A stretch of DNA of 64,000 nucleotides, from the NCBI GenBank assembly GCA_030390025.1, contig CM059425.1, positions 164,922,001 through 164,986,000 of the forward strand. The letters are read 5' to 3'. A model generated the notes under the pieces. That model was not told the DNA's origin, ran no database searches, and saw only the letters and a list, made by a program, of their open reading frames with translations. The DNA comes from Squalus acanthias. Lineage: Eukaryota. How positions within the stretch are numbered: the stretch's first letter is position 1; each line of letters opens with the position of its first letter. This document shows positions 37,441 through 51,912 of the stretch, in pieces. A program made the position numbers and the translations under genes.

Positions 37441-37874
37441 TTCACTACCACAAAGAATTATAAAGCTTTGAAATATTGGGCAAATGGTGAGAATGATGAA
37501 ATTGTTCGCTCTTAGTTGAAAACCAACAGCAGGAAGCTCATTAAACAGAATTACTTCAATTTTGGAGGATCCAGTACATCAAAATATAGAGATTTGATTT
37601 TAATCAATAAACATCCCATTGAGATTTGGCATATAAAACATTAAGGAAGGTAGTGAACTTATAGTATACAATTTAAAATAATAGCTTATATTGATACAAT
37701 GTCACAGTGGATTCATACATTTTTCCAAAATATCTCTATTACAGGATTCACCAGTTTGACATTTCTAACTATGGGCTTTATGATTAGCTAGATGTATAGG
37801 AATGCAAATCTTTAAAATCAGTCTGAAATTCTCCACTATTCTCCATCAGTTAGTTTAAAAATTGAATTAAAAAC

Positions 37875-37880
37875 TTTATT
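37875..37880 (-). terminator. Candidate RIOK2 polyadenylation signal (AATAAA)
   Basis: tttatt on plus ~155 nt after the stop; second candidate at 37899-37904. Confidence 0.4.
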
Positions 37881-38034
37881 TTCCACCGTACTGTATAATT
37901 TATTTGTATATAGCCAGGAAATTTCATCAATTCAAATACACAAATCACCACAAAATTAGTTTTCACCAATTCATTTTCCATTGTATTCATTTAAACATAG
38001 CTTCTTGGGACTTTCGAACTTCCACAGGCCCCTT

Positions 38035-38196
38035 CTAACCCCAAAAGCTTTCTGCATCAGCACTCCATTTAATGGTCTGCATGTTTTCTCGTCGCTGTTT
38101 GGTGTAGATGTTGGCCTCTCCCTTCTGTAAACGTCTTCTGATTGTCATCTTCTGCTGTTTGGTCAGTTGTTGTTTAACTTTCCGTTTGATCACATC
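38035..38196 (-). CDS. RIOK2: RIOK2 last coding exon
   Basis: ttag|DVIKRKVKQQLTKQQKMTIRRRLQKGEANIYTKQRRENMQTIKWSADAESFWG*. Confidence 0.95.
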   Translation of the reverse strand, partial: DVIKRKVKQQLTKQQKMTIRRRLQKGEANIYTKQRRENMQTIKWSADAESFWG

Positions 38197-38289
38197 CTAA
38201 AATAGCAAACAATCTCAAATTAAATTCAAAGCAAATCGACAACAGTAGATCATACAACAATTAGAAACATTATCTGTTGATTTCAAGTA

Positions 38290-38770
38290 AAGTCTGGAGG
38301 TAACCAAGGCATGGATGAAGGTTTCCACAGCAGATGAGCTGAGGCAGGGTCAGAGTTGTATGGAGGTGGAAGAGGCAGTCTTGATGATGGAGCGGATGTG
38401 GTCGGAAGCTCATCTCGGGGTCAAACACAACACCAAGGTTGAAAACGGTCAGGTTCAGCTTCAGACAGTTGCCAGGGATGGAAATGGTGGCCAGGGAATG
38501 GAGTTTATGGTGGGAAACAAAGATAATGGCTTCAGTCTTCCCAATATTTAGTTGGAGGAAATTTTTGCTCATCCAATATTGGATGTCGGACAATCAGTGT
38601 GACAAATCAGAGACAGTGGAGGGGTCCAAGGAGATGATGGGGAGATAGAGCTGGATGTCATGTGGAACCTGACATGTTTTGAGGATATCGCCGAGGGGCA
38701 GCATGTAGATGAGAAATAGGAGGGGACCAAGGATAGATCCTTGGGGGACTTGAGAGATAACGGTGCGGCT
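38290..38770 (-). mobile_element. L2 fragment
   Basis: VPQGSILGPLLFLIY; WMSKNFLQLNIGKTE. Confidence 0.88.
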
Positions 38771-40389
38771 GCAAGTCACCTTTTTTTCCAACCCTATCAC
38801 CATCAAACACAACCTACATCTTGGTAGCTTCCTTTCCTGCTATGTCACCCCATGCCCAAAAGCATAGAAAAGATAAAATAAAGAGAAGATTATAAACACA
38901 CAGAAAAGAAATGTACAGATCAGAAGAGAAAACTAAAATATATAGAAATGAGCACGACAAAATAAACAGGAAAAGGCAAGTCAGCCTGGTTCCCGAATGG
39001 AACCCAGAGGGGTAAATGTGTCATGGGGGATGCAATTATTACCATCAGCTCCAGATTACCCTGCAAACCAAATGTGTTTAATGGGTAGGTGGGTCCTTAG
39101 TTGAACAAGTAGCAGGGAGTATATAACTGCACTGCACTGGTAAGCTGCATATTTTAGCTGGTTAAACCCCAGCAGTACCCATGCGCTCTTAACTGTATCT
39201 AAACTCTGGGTTTGGGTAAATGGGTATGTCTCTATGGGAAGAGAATGTACACTCAGCATCAGGCAACCAGAAATTCACAATAGCTTAGTTTGTAGGCTCA
39301 TAAACATGATGATGGATTTCCACACATCATACACCCAACTGATCAAATTTTATTAAGAAACAGAAAATACAAATCCCTAAACAAATTTAACAAAAATATC
39401 CCAAATATAATTAAGCTGCAAGATTGAAATACTGACCACTGAATGCCACTACTATATCATTTTGAGATGTGGAGAATACAGGCTACACAAGGCAATTTCT
39501 AAAAATAGAGCTACACTAATATGTTTACTAAAAACACATCTGAATGGCCTAATGAAAATACAGTCAGTTGAAACTGGAACATGGTCATAATGTAGCACTT
39601 TAACAGCTGGCAATGCCACAAAAATGCAAGCAAGATAACATTACACAGAATTTTACTGGTTAGTCAATTACTTTGAATCATCACTCCTTGCTTCTATCAC
39701 AAGGTGGCACTCTTGTATCTGGATTACTCTTTTTAAACAGTTGCACAGATATTTCAACTTTCAACTTGAGCAACCCCACCCAAAAAAGGATGCCATACTG
39801 GAGACATAAATATATTTCCACAAGCAGGGGCTGGCTAATTTTTTTATTTAATTTAGACAAGCTCCAGTGCATTACCTCATAATATGGAAAAATAATTTAT
39901 TACAGGTTGAAACAAAATATATTTAATGGCCCCATTAAAATCCATAACTACATCAGGATCAAAATTCCTATTCTATTGCTGTCAAAACCACATCATAAAG
40001 AGGCAAGTTTTATTAGCAGCAATGAGGTATTAAATAAGGTTGTAGCCAAGTTGAACAACAAATGTGCTGCTGATCCCTGCTAGATAGGAAGTGAAGCAAT
40101 TTTGCTGCCATACCTGTCGAGAGTGTGGCCAGTCATTTGCAAGCCACCCAAACTGCTTAAGAAATAATTTTAAATGATACATGCAGGGAGTGGGAAAGAG
40201 GGTCATTCAATTGTTTAGCCAGGCAGCAGCCATTTTGTTTGGCATCTCTGCATTTAGTGTTTTCATTACAAGCAGAGAAAGCATTGCTATTGGAGGCATA
40301 GTTAGAAACCACCAACTTTGTGTACATGTCTTTGTGCTGCCGGACTACCTGTTGGCACAGAGGTGGTTGTGGGATCGGGCTGGGCAGTC

Positions 40390-40900
40390 TATATATCAAA
40401 GTTGACCTGGTGCCGGTTTATGATGTCTTTGAGGTGCAACATGTAGATGAAGAGGAGAAAGGGACCAAGCACAGATTGTAAGGGGATTCTGGAGGAAATC
40501 TGGAAGATTTCTGTGTGGAAATGGGAAAGGCAGCCCTTGCTGGACATGTGTTAGCTGCATTGGAACAGGTAGGGCTGGAATCGTGCAAGGACAATCCCAA
40601 CAGAGAAGTAGAGGACGACAAGGAAGGATAACATACAGACCCAGAAGAGGTTGGTACTTTGAATGGGGCGGAAGCTGGACTGAAAGGATTTGAAGATGGT
40701 GTTTTGGGAGATTTGGCATGGGTGACATATTTGAGGAGCATGGAGGGGAAAAAGATGGGGCAATAGTTAACAAAGACTGCTGAATCCAGAATGGGGTTTT
40801 TGAAGATGGGGTGATGACAGTGGTTTTGAAAAGGAAAAGGATAATGTCCAAGCAGAGACCCATTAACAATCTCAGCAACAGAGGGCCAGGAAAAGTAGCA
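40390..40900 (-). mobile_element. Highly decayed LINE RT fragment (L2-like)
   Basis: Remnants such as FKTTVITP..K and QSFQSSFRPIQST. Confidence 0.5.
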
Positions 40901-41099
40901 AAGTCATGCATGCTCTCAATCTTTCTCTTCAGCACCGCCAACTCACTACTTCGTAGCTGTCCTGGTCCCCAGATCCATATCATAATTAGTTTTATTTGGC
41001 AGTTTAACAACTTTAAAAAAAAAAACTCTTGGATGCCAGCGTACTTCATAATTTCTCTTCCCTTTCATCTCCTTCCAATCATTCCTCTCGCTATTTCTA

Positions 41100-41720
41100 A
41101 TTTTACTGCTTGCTATATTTTCACCATTTCCTCTGATCTACCCCTCTCCGATCCTGAACAATACGTCCTCAGCAAGAACCCAAGCTTCATCCCCTTGCGT
41201 CCCCACCTCAACAAAGTTTGAGCTGAACAGAACGTCGAGCTCTTCTGTTGTTTTTGCCTCAATACACTTTTTTTTGGCGAGGATGACCCCGGTCATGTAT
41301 TTGACTCTTTCTCCTGTTGTCAGCATTCGCTGTCCCCCTGGATTCTTGCCTTCTCTCAATCTTTTCATCGAGAAGTGCTGCCATAATATCAGCCGTTTGT
41401 TTCTCTATTCCCCTTCCTCACTTGATTTCATCCTGTTCTGAGCTTGCAGCACTCCATTCCCTCAGCTCCGGCTCTGACATCAAATTTGCCGACAAAGGGG
41501 GAGCCATCATTGCATGAAGGAAGATGCCAACACTCTTGACGACTCCTATTTCTCTCTGGACCTTGACCCCACTACTAAACATCATCTTTATTTGCCAGAC
41601 CATGACCGACCTCATCTCTGCTGGAGAGCTTTTCCTCCCCTCCCCCAGCAACCTCAAACTTCAATTCTCCAATCTTGTATAGCCCATTTCCACCTCCTGG
41701 CCAAGATACACAAAATGAGA
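41100..41720 (+). mobile_element. Penelope-like ORF fragment (N-terminal to RT)
   Basis: LSDPEQYVLSKNPSFIPLRPHLN, IKFADKGGAII and FHLLAKIHK resemble the PLE motifs IKPADKG and LPKIHK. Confidence 0.75.
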
Positions 41721-42182
41721 CTGATTGGGACAGGAGCAAGCTGAACTGGATATTGCACATTGTGCACTTGTCCAATGTTTCAGTAGATAGACTGAAAACA
41801 CTTTAAATGAGATGAAGCTAGATACGCATTGTTAAGCTGCTTTATTTTGTGGGCAGGAAGTGAATGTAAAGGCAGACAGTCATAAGCAAAACACATTTAC
41901 TTCACTTGTTAATTTCAAACCCGTCCTTGTGAATCAGAAAAATAAACTAAGCCACACTGTCCCACCTTAGTGGGCAGGCTCAACTTTTCTTGGGCACTTT
42001 CCTGGTTCTAAGCTTAAGATTAGTCAGCTTTCCCCTTGCTGTGCTAGGCTTGCTTCACAAATCTAACTGGACTGATTGACCTTAAAGGAGAAAAATCCAT
42101 GGTCAAGGTTAAGAACTCCCAGACATGTGCCCTTGATCTGCTCTCCTCCTCCCCTCCCCACATGAATTTCCTGGCTTCCTCC

Positions 42183-43710
42183 CCAGGGTCTTAAAGTGGC
42201 TGCAGGGATAGTGGAAGCATTGGTTGCAATATACCAAAATTCCCTGGACTCTGGAGAGGTCCCAGCGGATTGGAAAACCGCAAATGTAACACCCCTATTT
42301 AAGAAAGGAGGGAGACAGAAAGCAGGAAACTATAGACCAGTTAGCCTAACATCTGTCGTTGGGAAAATGCTGGAGTCCTTCATTAAGGAAGCAGTAGCAG
42401 GGCATTTGGAAAATCATAATGCAGTCAAGCAGAGTCAGCATGGTTTTATGAAAGGGAAATCATGTTTAACAAATTTGCTGGAGTTCTTTGAGGATGTAAT
42501 GAGCCGGGTGGACAAAGGGTGAGCCAGTGGATGTGGTGTATTTGGATTTCCAGAAGGCATTTGATAAGGTGCCACATAAAAGGTTATTGCATAAGACAAG
42601 AGGTTGGGGGTAATATATTAGCATGGATAGAGAATTGGCTAACTAACAGAAAGCAGAGAGTCGGGATAAATGGGCCATTTTCCGGTTGGCAAACGGTAAC
42701 TAGTGGGGTGCCACAGGGATCGGTGCTGGGGCCTCAACTATTTACAATCTACATTAATGACTTGGATGAAGGGACAGAGTGTAAAGTAGCCAAGTTTGCT
42801 GATGATACAAAGATGGGTGGGAAAGCAAGTTGTGCAGAGGACTCAAAGAATCTGCAAAGGGATATAGACAGGCTAAGTGAGTGGGCAAACATTTGGCAGA
42901 TGGAGTATAATGTGGGAAAGTGCGAGGTTATCTACTTTGGCAGGAAAAATAGAAAAACAAATTATTTAAATGGAGAGAGATTACAAAATGCTACAGTTCA
43001 GGGGGACCTGGGGGTCCTTGTGCATGAAACACAAAAAGTTAGCATGCAGGTACAGCAAGTAATCAAAAAGGCAAATGGAATGTTGGCCTTTATTGCAAGG
43101 GGGTTGGAGTATAAAAGCAGGGAAGTCCTGCTACAACTGTACAGGGTATTGGTGAGACCACACCTTGAGTACTGCGTACCGTTTTGGTCTCCTTATTTAA
43201 GGAAGGATATACTTGCATTGGAAGCAGTTCAGAGACGATTCACTAGGTTAATTCCAGAGATGAGGGGGTTGTCTTATGAAGAAAGGTGGAGCAGGTTGGG
43301 CCTATACTCATTGGAATTTAGAAGAATGAGAGGTGATCTTATTGAAACATAAGATACTGAGGGGGTTCGACAAGGTAGATGCAGAGAGGATGTTTCCCCT
43401 TGTGGGGAAATCTAGAACTCGGCATAGTTTCAGAATAAAGGGTCGCCCTTTTAGAACTGAGATCAGGAGGAATTTCCTCTGAGGGTCGCAAATCTGTAGA
43501 ATTCTCTGCCCCAGAGAGCCGTGGAGGCTGGGTCATTAAATACATTTAAAGGTGGAGATAGACAGATTTTTACAAGGTAAGGGAGTGAAGGGTTATGGGG
43601 AGTGGGCAGGGAAGTGGCTTTGAGCCCAAGATCAGCCATGATCTTATTGAATGGCGGAGCAGGCTCGAGGGGCCAAGTGGCCTATTCCTGCTCCTATTTC
43701 TTATGTTCTT
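42183..43710 (+). mobile_element. CR1 RT + 3' end
   Basis: [38 protein letters not shown]; tail tttcttatgttctt. Confidence 0.95.
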
Positions 43711-45178
43711 AACAGTGGGAGGCGGAATCCCACCCCATTTTAACCCCTTGCCTGGCAGTTATGCTGGGGAAATTTGTTGCCCAGCATATTCTTGTTTTTG
43801 TTGTTTTAACAATGCTCTTGTCGACAGCCATGAAATGATTCTTTAACATTCATTGATTCAAGTTTCAAGTGACTTAGCACAACATTTAGTGGCCATTTCT
43901 TTTAAAAGTGGACAGAATGAATCTACTAAGCATATACTTCAATTCCTTTATGCAAGCTAAAATTGTGGAAACTTAGTTTGTGGATGGTTGACAGGAATGT
44001 TAGTATGAATCCAGGTCGTGTTACTGGAGCTCAGGGTTTACATACTGAATTCTGTCCCAAACAATACTAGCATTTCAATAAAACATTACAGCTAATATTG
44101 GTATCTGTATTTAGACAAATGCCAGCAGTTACTGCTGTTACCCTCTCATATAGATAAAGTTTTCCCATACAAAACAGACATTCAAATCACATTGATTTTA
44201 CTCTTCTTTAAAATCAAGAATAAAAACTTCAGCTGACAATATAACCTATACATTTATCTTAACTAGTCAATTTCCTCTGGCATTGCACACAGGGACAAGA
44301 TGAAGTGCAGTCTTCAGGTGAAGTGGGGTTAGCGGGCAGGGAATAATTGGACCAGGAAACACACGTCATTCACCATTATTTTAAAATCATACATTCTGCC
44401 CTCAATTTCATATGTTTGTTATAAATTTTTATGTCTACATTCATAATGAAATCTACCGAGTAAGCTTGTCACACTGTAATTACACATTCCTACCAATGAT
44501 GGTGTTGCAGTGCTAGCGTAGTAATAGCATATCAAGTTTACATAGATAGTTTTCATTAGAAACTTGGATTTAGGAAGCTATAATGGAAATAGATGACAGG
44601 AAGTGCACGCAAACATTTTTTTTTAAATCTAAAGAGACAAAAACAGATTAAACTATGCCCTGCTTTATTATAGCGGACATATTCTATTTTTGTTAAGTCA
44701 GATTCAGTTAATAGGTAAATCCTAAACGTCATTTGCAAGTATTCTGAGCTGGCATGCCAACACTGCATTATGGAGTTCATGTCTGAAACTTCTTTTGTAG
44801 TGAGCTACCAATTTCAGGTGGCTCAGGGAGAATAAGCAGCAGAGTACCCTAGTGATAGTTGGTATCCAAATCACTCATGTTCATCTCCAAGACAGTGAAT
44901 ACAGAGTGGCACTGTCAGAGCAGACCACCTGCTAATCTACTGTTCAGCTGGGAAAAGTTGTGCTTTGAAGCCTAAAGGACAATACCATTGACATCTTGTT
45001 GAAAATATTGAACAATTGTGTGCACGCTTCAGCTATTAAAACATACAGCAAGACAGAGAAATGATATGGAGCTAGAACACTTGAAAGCTATATAGGTTCT
45101 GAAAGAAGGGCCAATTAATGTAGACTACTACCAACGCAGAACAAAAATTAGGAAAGGGATCTGTGACTACAAACTTAC

Positions 45179-45275
45179 CGGTGGGATTGTTGAAGTGCTC
45201 AGCAAGCTGCCTACAGAACTCTCACTGGTGGTCCTTTGTCTGTGCTCATTAGTATGCATCAAGCTTAGTTCATCC
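45179..45275 (-). CDS. RIOK2: RIOK2 penultimate exon (97 nt)
   Basis: tgtag|G DELSLMHTNEHRQRTTSESSVGSLLSTSTIPP|gtaagt; phases match both neighbours. Confidence 0.93.
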
Positions 45276-45559
45276 CTACAGAATGGAAAAAGCATTTACA
45301 ATCATTGAAACTTGCAACAAATTAACTACATTCCATGAAACAGATACATCAATAAACCATGAAAATATATTATAGGATCTACTGTAGATGAATAAGACAC
45401 AATGCACTAAAACATAGTACAGTAAGAAGTTCAGGCAAGACCTTCAGTCCATGTAGCTCACCTATCCAGTATTCCCTTGGTGCATTTCGAATAACCGTGA
45501 ATCCCATTTGTTGACAACAATATCCCATGGGCTTGGACCTAATGTAGTAGCCAATTATG

Positions 45560-45940
45560 TGGAACAGCATCAAATACCTTCCTTAAATCCAGGTAGCTAA
45601 CATCTACAATCTCTCCCTTATTACTAGGTCTTTCATCTCAAAGAAATCCAGTACATTAGTTAAGCATGATCTCACTTTTAAAAGCATGCAGACTGTCTTG
45701 GATTAGCTCATTGCCCTTAAATTATCCCTCATAATACTTCCAAACACTTTACCAACAGTGGAAGCAAGTCTTACAGGTCTATAATTTGATGGTTCATCCC
45801 TCACCCCTTTGGGAGGATGGGGAGTCACATTTGTTATTTTCCAATCCCCTGGGATCTGGCCGGAGTCCATTTCTCTATCTTCAGACACAACTTCCCCACT
45901 GTCATTTTTAGTGAGCCAATGCCTCTTTGCACTCTTCATT
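45560..45940 (-). mobile_element. Old CR1 RT fragment
   Basis: DWKITNVTP...NYRPVRLAS on minus. Confidence 0.75.
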
Positions 45941-47219
45941 TATTCCTGACACACCTGAATTCTTTAATGTTCTGCTTCATGTTTCTAGCTAGGTTTTCTT
46001 CGTGATCCCTCTTTGTAGCCCTCAGTTTCATGGCATTACTCAGCCTACCTTTATGGATCCCCTTATTCTGTTCCTTTCCTGAACATTCAAAAATGCATTT
46101 TCTCTTTCTACCTAATGCCTTTCACAACTTTGTTAGAATAAAATCCAATATTGTATTACCCCCTGTGGGTTCTTTAACATAATCTTGTAGAAACAAATCC
46201 CTCACAATTTGAATAAATTCCTCCTTACATGGTACTCATCTGTCTTATCGGTTCCCATAAAACTGCATTTCAAATTGCAAGGTCATCCTAGGGAATTTGC
46301 AAGGTATTAAATCTCTGTCAGCCTTGTGGCTGGGATAGTGTGCACTGCAAATGCAATGTCTTGAGAATTCTGTATTCTTTATTTCTGCTCTATTTGTTGA
46401 CCTACAAACATGCTACTTCTATTGTTGTATACAGATTAAAAATAAACACTTTCTGCAATATCAACTCAAAAGGTACTGATGCAATTTTTCAGAAGTAAGA
46501 GCGTCTACAGGAGTATGTCAATATTTGTATTCCTCACACACAAAAGTCTGAAAAATCACTTGTCTACTGTGAAATCAGCAATGTTAATAGCTGAACATGA
46601 AGTATGCAGGAGGACTAACTGACACATGAAACCATTTTCCATTATTTTCTCAATTTAAAAAAAAGAGAAAACTGCAGATATGACCTAGTGTTGAAGGTCT
46701 CTCACTACCCATAAAGACCACAAGATTCCAGGTTGAATGCCTGATCTCAGCAATAGGGGTGCTATAGTTGGTCTTAATGGGCATGGTGGAGGAGTTAACA
46801 AAACAAAAGTTCCTGGTTGTGATCACGATCCAGTGACTCCTGCCAGATATATGGGTTGATGAAAATAATTTCAATATAAAATATTTTCTTGCCCCCCCAG
46901 CCTACAATTTCAAAAACAACCTGCAAAATAGAATGTATTGATTATAATAATCATTCCCCCCTCATAAAGGACTCATCAATTCCAATCTCCCGTTTTATGC
47001 GAGAGACTACATGGGCGACTTCAATGATGCAGTTTGAGTGCATTGCACAGCTGCTCCATGGACTGATCTGGAAATTGGTCTGCACATCACATTGGATGCC
47101 AGCGATAAAAAGGAAAAAGTCTATCACCTGGGTTCAATGCACTAACTGCTCCCAAACCTACAAAGCAAGCAAGATACAAGACAACATGTATGGCAGGTTA
47201 AACATTGCTGAATTGGTAC

Positions 47220-47726
47220 CTGAAAGGTCTAAATTCCTTGTTTTGAGTGGACAGATCAACTAAGTTTGGGCATTCATCTTCATCTCTTGGAGCCTCATCA
47301 CTCTGGCCTATCTGGTGCACTGTTTCAGTGGCATGTTCAAGATTATGTTCTGTAACATCTCCAGAGAATTCAACAGCACCAACTGCTTCAGTACATTGCC
47401 TTCCAACTTCTTCTACATTTATTTTCAGTTTGGCCAGATCAATATTTTCAATTTCATTGTTCTCAGCACCTTCCTTATATATTTTTTCAACCATGTTGCA
47501 ATTAGAAGTAGGAAACACTACAGAATCGGTTTCATTTTCAGGAAGCAAATCCTTGCTTTCAGCTGTTTCATTTGAAAATTTAATTTCATCATCTAAATCA
47601 TCTTCTGGAAATCCAGGCTCATCACCTTCCTCTTCAGGGCCTGGAGCATGTAGCAGCTCAGCATCTTCTTGGAGCTCTTTAGTGTAACCGCTAACTGCTA
47701 TCTCCACATCCAGTGAAGACTCCTTC
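47220..47726 (-). CDS. RIOK2: RIOK2 long acidic exon (507 nt)
   Basis: ttag|G KESSLDVEIAVSGYTKE...DEDECPNLVDLSTQNKEFRPF AG|gtacca. Confidence 0.95.
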
Positions 47727-48129
47727 CTAAAAAAGATGGAGAATGAATCCAGATTAAAAAAAGGAATACATGTAGCAATACTAAAGTTTCCTGTTGCAAA
47801 GTAAGGGGGAATAAAAGATGAAGAGGAGAGAAGCATTACAGCGGTAGAATGAAATAAGAGTGAATGCACTCAAAACTTAAGGGTTCCTGCCTGTATTGTA
47901 ACTTTGTATAAGCACCAGCTCCTGAGACAAAAATGCATTAAATGGTTTTCAATGAAGAGTGGGCGAGACCAAGAGAAACAATTTCATTAATGCATAATTC
48001 TTAGTCATTTTTTTAGTCAATCAGACTTAATCAATTATTTAAGCCCAATTACTGTTTTAGTCTAATTTCTTTCTTGTTTTGAAGTCATTGACAAACTCAG
48101 AGCTGTAAGCACCCTACAGTTACATGTTG

Positions 48130-49362
48130 TCAACAACAACAACACTTGCATTTATATAGCGCCTTTAACATAGTAAAACGTCCCAAGGTGCTTCACAGGG
48201 GCATGATCAAGCAAAATTGGACACCGAGCTACATAAGGAGATATTAGAGCGTCTTAAAGAAGGAGAATGAGGTAGAGAGGTTTAAGGAGAGAATTCCAGC
48301 GCTCAGGGCTTCAGCAGCTGAAGGCATGGCCGCCAATGGTAGAGTGAGTTTAAAAAAAAAGGGGGTGCACAAGAACCCAGAATTGGAGGAGTGCAGAGAT
48401 CTGGGCGTTGTAGAGCTGGAAGAGGTTTCAGATATAGGGAGGGGTGAGGCCACGGAGGGATTTGAAAACAAGGATGAGAATTTTAAAATTGAGGTGTTAC
48501 CGGACCGGAAGCCAATGTAGGTCAGCGGACACAGGGATCATGGGCGAATGGGATTTGGTGTGAGTTAGGATACAGGCAGCAGAGTTCTGGATGAGCTCAA
48601 GTTTATGTAGGGTGGAAGATGGGAGGCCGGCCAGGAGAGCATTGGAATAGTCCAGTCTAGAGGTAACAAAGACATGGATGAGGGTTTCAGCATCAGATGA
48701 GCTGAGGCAGGGGCGGAGTTGGACGATGTTATGGAGGTGGAAATAGGCAGTCTTGGTGATGGAGCAGATATTTGGTCGGAAGCTCACCTCGGGGTCAAAT
48801 ACGACACCAAGGTTGTGAATGGTCTGGTTCAGCCTCAGACTGTTTCCAGGGAGATGATGGCTAGCGAATGGAGATTGTGGCGGGGACTAAAGACAATGGC
48901 TTCAGTCTTCCCAATATTTAGTTAGAGGAAATTTCTGCTCATCCAGTACTGGATGTCGGACAAGCAATGTGACAAACCAGAGACAGTGGAGGGGGTCGAG
49001 AGAGGTGGTGGTGAGGCAGAGCTGGGTATTGCCAGCGTACATGTGGAACCTGATGTTTTTCAGATGACGGTGCCAAGGGACAACATGTAGACGAGAAGTA
49101 GGAACGGGCCAAGGATAGATCCTTGGGGGGACTAGAGAAGTAATGTTGTGGGAAGATAAGCCATTGCAGGCGATTCTCTGGCCATGACTGGATAGATAAG
49201 AATGGAACCAGGCGAGGGCAGGCCCATCCAGCTGGATGATTGAGGAGAGGCGTTGGAGGAGGATGGTGTGGTCAACTGTGTCAAAGGCTGCAGACAGGTC
49301 GAGAAGGATGAGGAGGGATAGTTTACCATGGTCACAGTCACACAGGATGTAATTTGTGACTT
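48130..49362 (-). mobile_element. L2 LINE RT/3' part
   Basis: LLDLSAAFDTVDH, SRLDYSNALL, LHWLP; (caa)n tail. Confidence 0.92.
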
Positions 49363-50245
49363 TCAAATGTAAAATCATAAACTAATATCAAAATCTAACC
49401 ACGAGTATCATCCTGTTATGTCACTGGCAGAACAGAAGCATAAAATGCAGTTGTCGCTAGACTCAGTTCAAGTACAACTTTAGCAAATGTAATATAGTGA
49501 AAAAAGTCTATTATAATGGGTATGTGGAAGCTGGGAATACTTTGTTTTATTAGAGCTGAACAACTGGGGAGACATCATAGTTGTTGTCAGCAATTTAGAA
49601 TCCTACTAAACCAAGATATCCCAGGTTAAATTCCTGGTCTGTACCGAGTTGGCTGGCATCACCCAGTAGAGCAACTAGGATACTTAAATTGGCATCAGTG
49701 CCTAATTTAGGGGAAAGGAAGAAGAGAAAATAGATAGCATCCCACTAAAATCCTTTAGACATCAGAGGACAGGATGGGGTTTGGTTGTGATGCCCACTAT
49801 AGTCGAATAGCCAGTCAACATTATCTAGGCTCACACTTGGCTGCTAGTGCCTATACAACTACACCAGAGAAAAAATATCAACATCTTCATGAAAGAAGTG
49901 TAGAAAATTAGTTAAGAATACTAAAGGATTGCATAGGCCTAATCTGTGCTGCCAATATTAAGGTGATCCAGTTAACTGAAGAAAATATTGTACCTTGACA
50001 ACTGCTGCCATACTGGATTCTCTTGGCTTGGTCACACTGAATTTCAGGCTTAAGATCATATTCACTTTAAATAAATTAATAAAATGGCCTGTATATTGCA
50101 AAACTGCATTATTGGTGGGCAGAAGATGACAACTTTTGAACATACAACCGCAACAGAAGTCTAAAGTATAATGGAGTTATTAATTTACACACAAAGGATC
50201 ACCACAAATCTAAAATATTAAATTCCATAAGAAGTTATCAATTTA

Positions 50246-50449
<204 letters not shown>

Positions 50450-50989
50450 CTAGTTTTTCATCCATTTTTTAAACACAATTAAAAATTCACTTTTTCCTAT
50501 GTTGAAATGAAAATGTTATTTTCAATAATAACTTATGATCTATCTTTATGGGGGCCAATACCGTGAAAAGATTTGTTCATGTTTAACACAAACCAAATTT
50601 CTGGATAGTATACTGAAAACTACCAAATCATCTTTATTTTCTGATTGTCGTTAACTTCTGACTTTTAAATTTTAATTATCAGTGTCCTTCTCACACCCCA
50701 CCCCCACCCCAAACGCACTTGAAGGCAAGAAAGCCACTTGGATTATAACTAAATGCTTGCTAAGCAAAATTGGATGATCGATTCTTTTCTCCTCTCTTTC
50801 AACGCCAATCCTTCCTTCCTCTTGGAATGCATCTTGCTCTGCCAAGTGCCTTCCACTGAGTGCCATTAAGAATTAATCATGCAGGAAATTGAGAGCACGT
50901 GTGTGTCCCATCACGTTATAGCATTATTTGCTCCAGCCACCCTGAGAAAGCACTAGAAACGCTTCGTCTCAATAGAGAGGGGAAAAAAA

Positions 50990-51330
50990 AAGAGAAACTG
51001 CAGATTCTGGAAGTTTGAAATAAAAGCAGAAGGTACAGAATGGGTGCGCAACAACATTCCCTCTAAGCTGCGCAGCATTCTGCCAGTCCCGCGCAGCCTG
51101 GGACCGGCTTTTACAATGTGAAATTTTGCGCATGCGTGAAACTTTGAATGGGCCGCGCACCCAAATTTAAAATTAATGGGGGGGCAGGGGGGGGAAAACA
51201 TTGGTCTGTGCCCATCTGAAACAAAAAAAGTAACGTTCTGATGAAGGGTCTCCATCCAAAATATCAGTCAAAAGGATGTCCACCCAAAACATTAATCTAT
51301 CTTTTTGCATGCTGACAGACCTTCTTGTCC
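50990..51330. mobile_element. Old Penelope terminal-repeat pair split by a GC-rich insert
   Basis: Minus ctgcagattctggaa...aataaaagcagaa; plus gttCTGATGAagggtc at ~51235-51250. Confidence 0.5.
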
Positions 51331-51699
51331 TATGTTGTGTATATTTCTCATATAGGCCACAGTTTTTGTCATAGTCATGCTTTCCCCACTGGACCAAGAT
51401 CAAAATCAATTCATGCACAGATACTACCAACTTTGTACAGAAATCAAAGGATCGCATGCATCTATTAATTCAAAGAAAAACTGGAAGTCAAGTGTTACTT
51501 TGACAATGTGCCTCTGTAGGAGGGCAGAAGTAATTGCAAATGACTTAATAAGCAGCAGAATGCAAGTCAGGACATTGGTGTTAAATCATGTGTGCGAGAA
51601 ACAGCATAGCATCCATTCCAAATTTGCAGTAAATTACACCACCTAATATAAAAAGGAAAAATAAAAACCACAAAATTCCACTTTTTGATTTTGTACTTA

Positions 51700-51912
<213 letters not shown>

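Noticed and set aside
40396..41221. 217-aa and 136-aa ORFs as genes
   Set aside because: Overlap decayed LINE and Penelope sequence; no coherent domain or splice structure
47727..47869. N-terminal extension of the 223-aa ORF 47198-47869
   Set aside because: Intronic read-through; RIOK2 similarity starts at the AG acceptor before 47726
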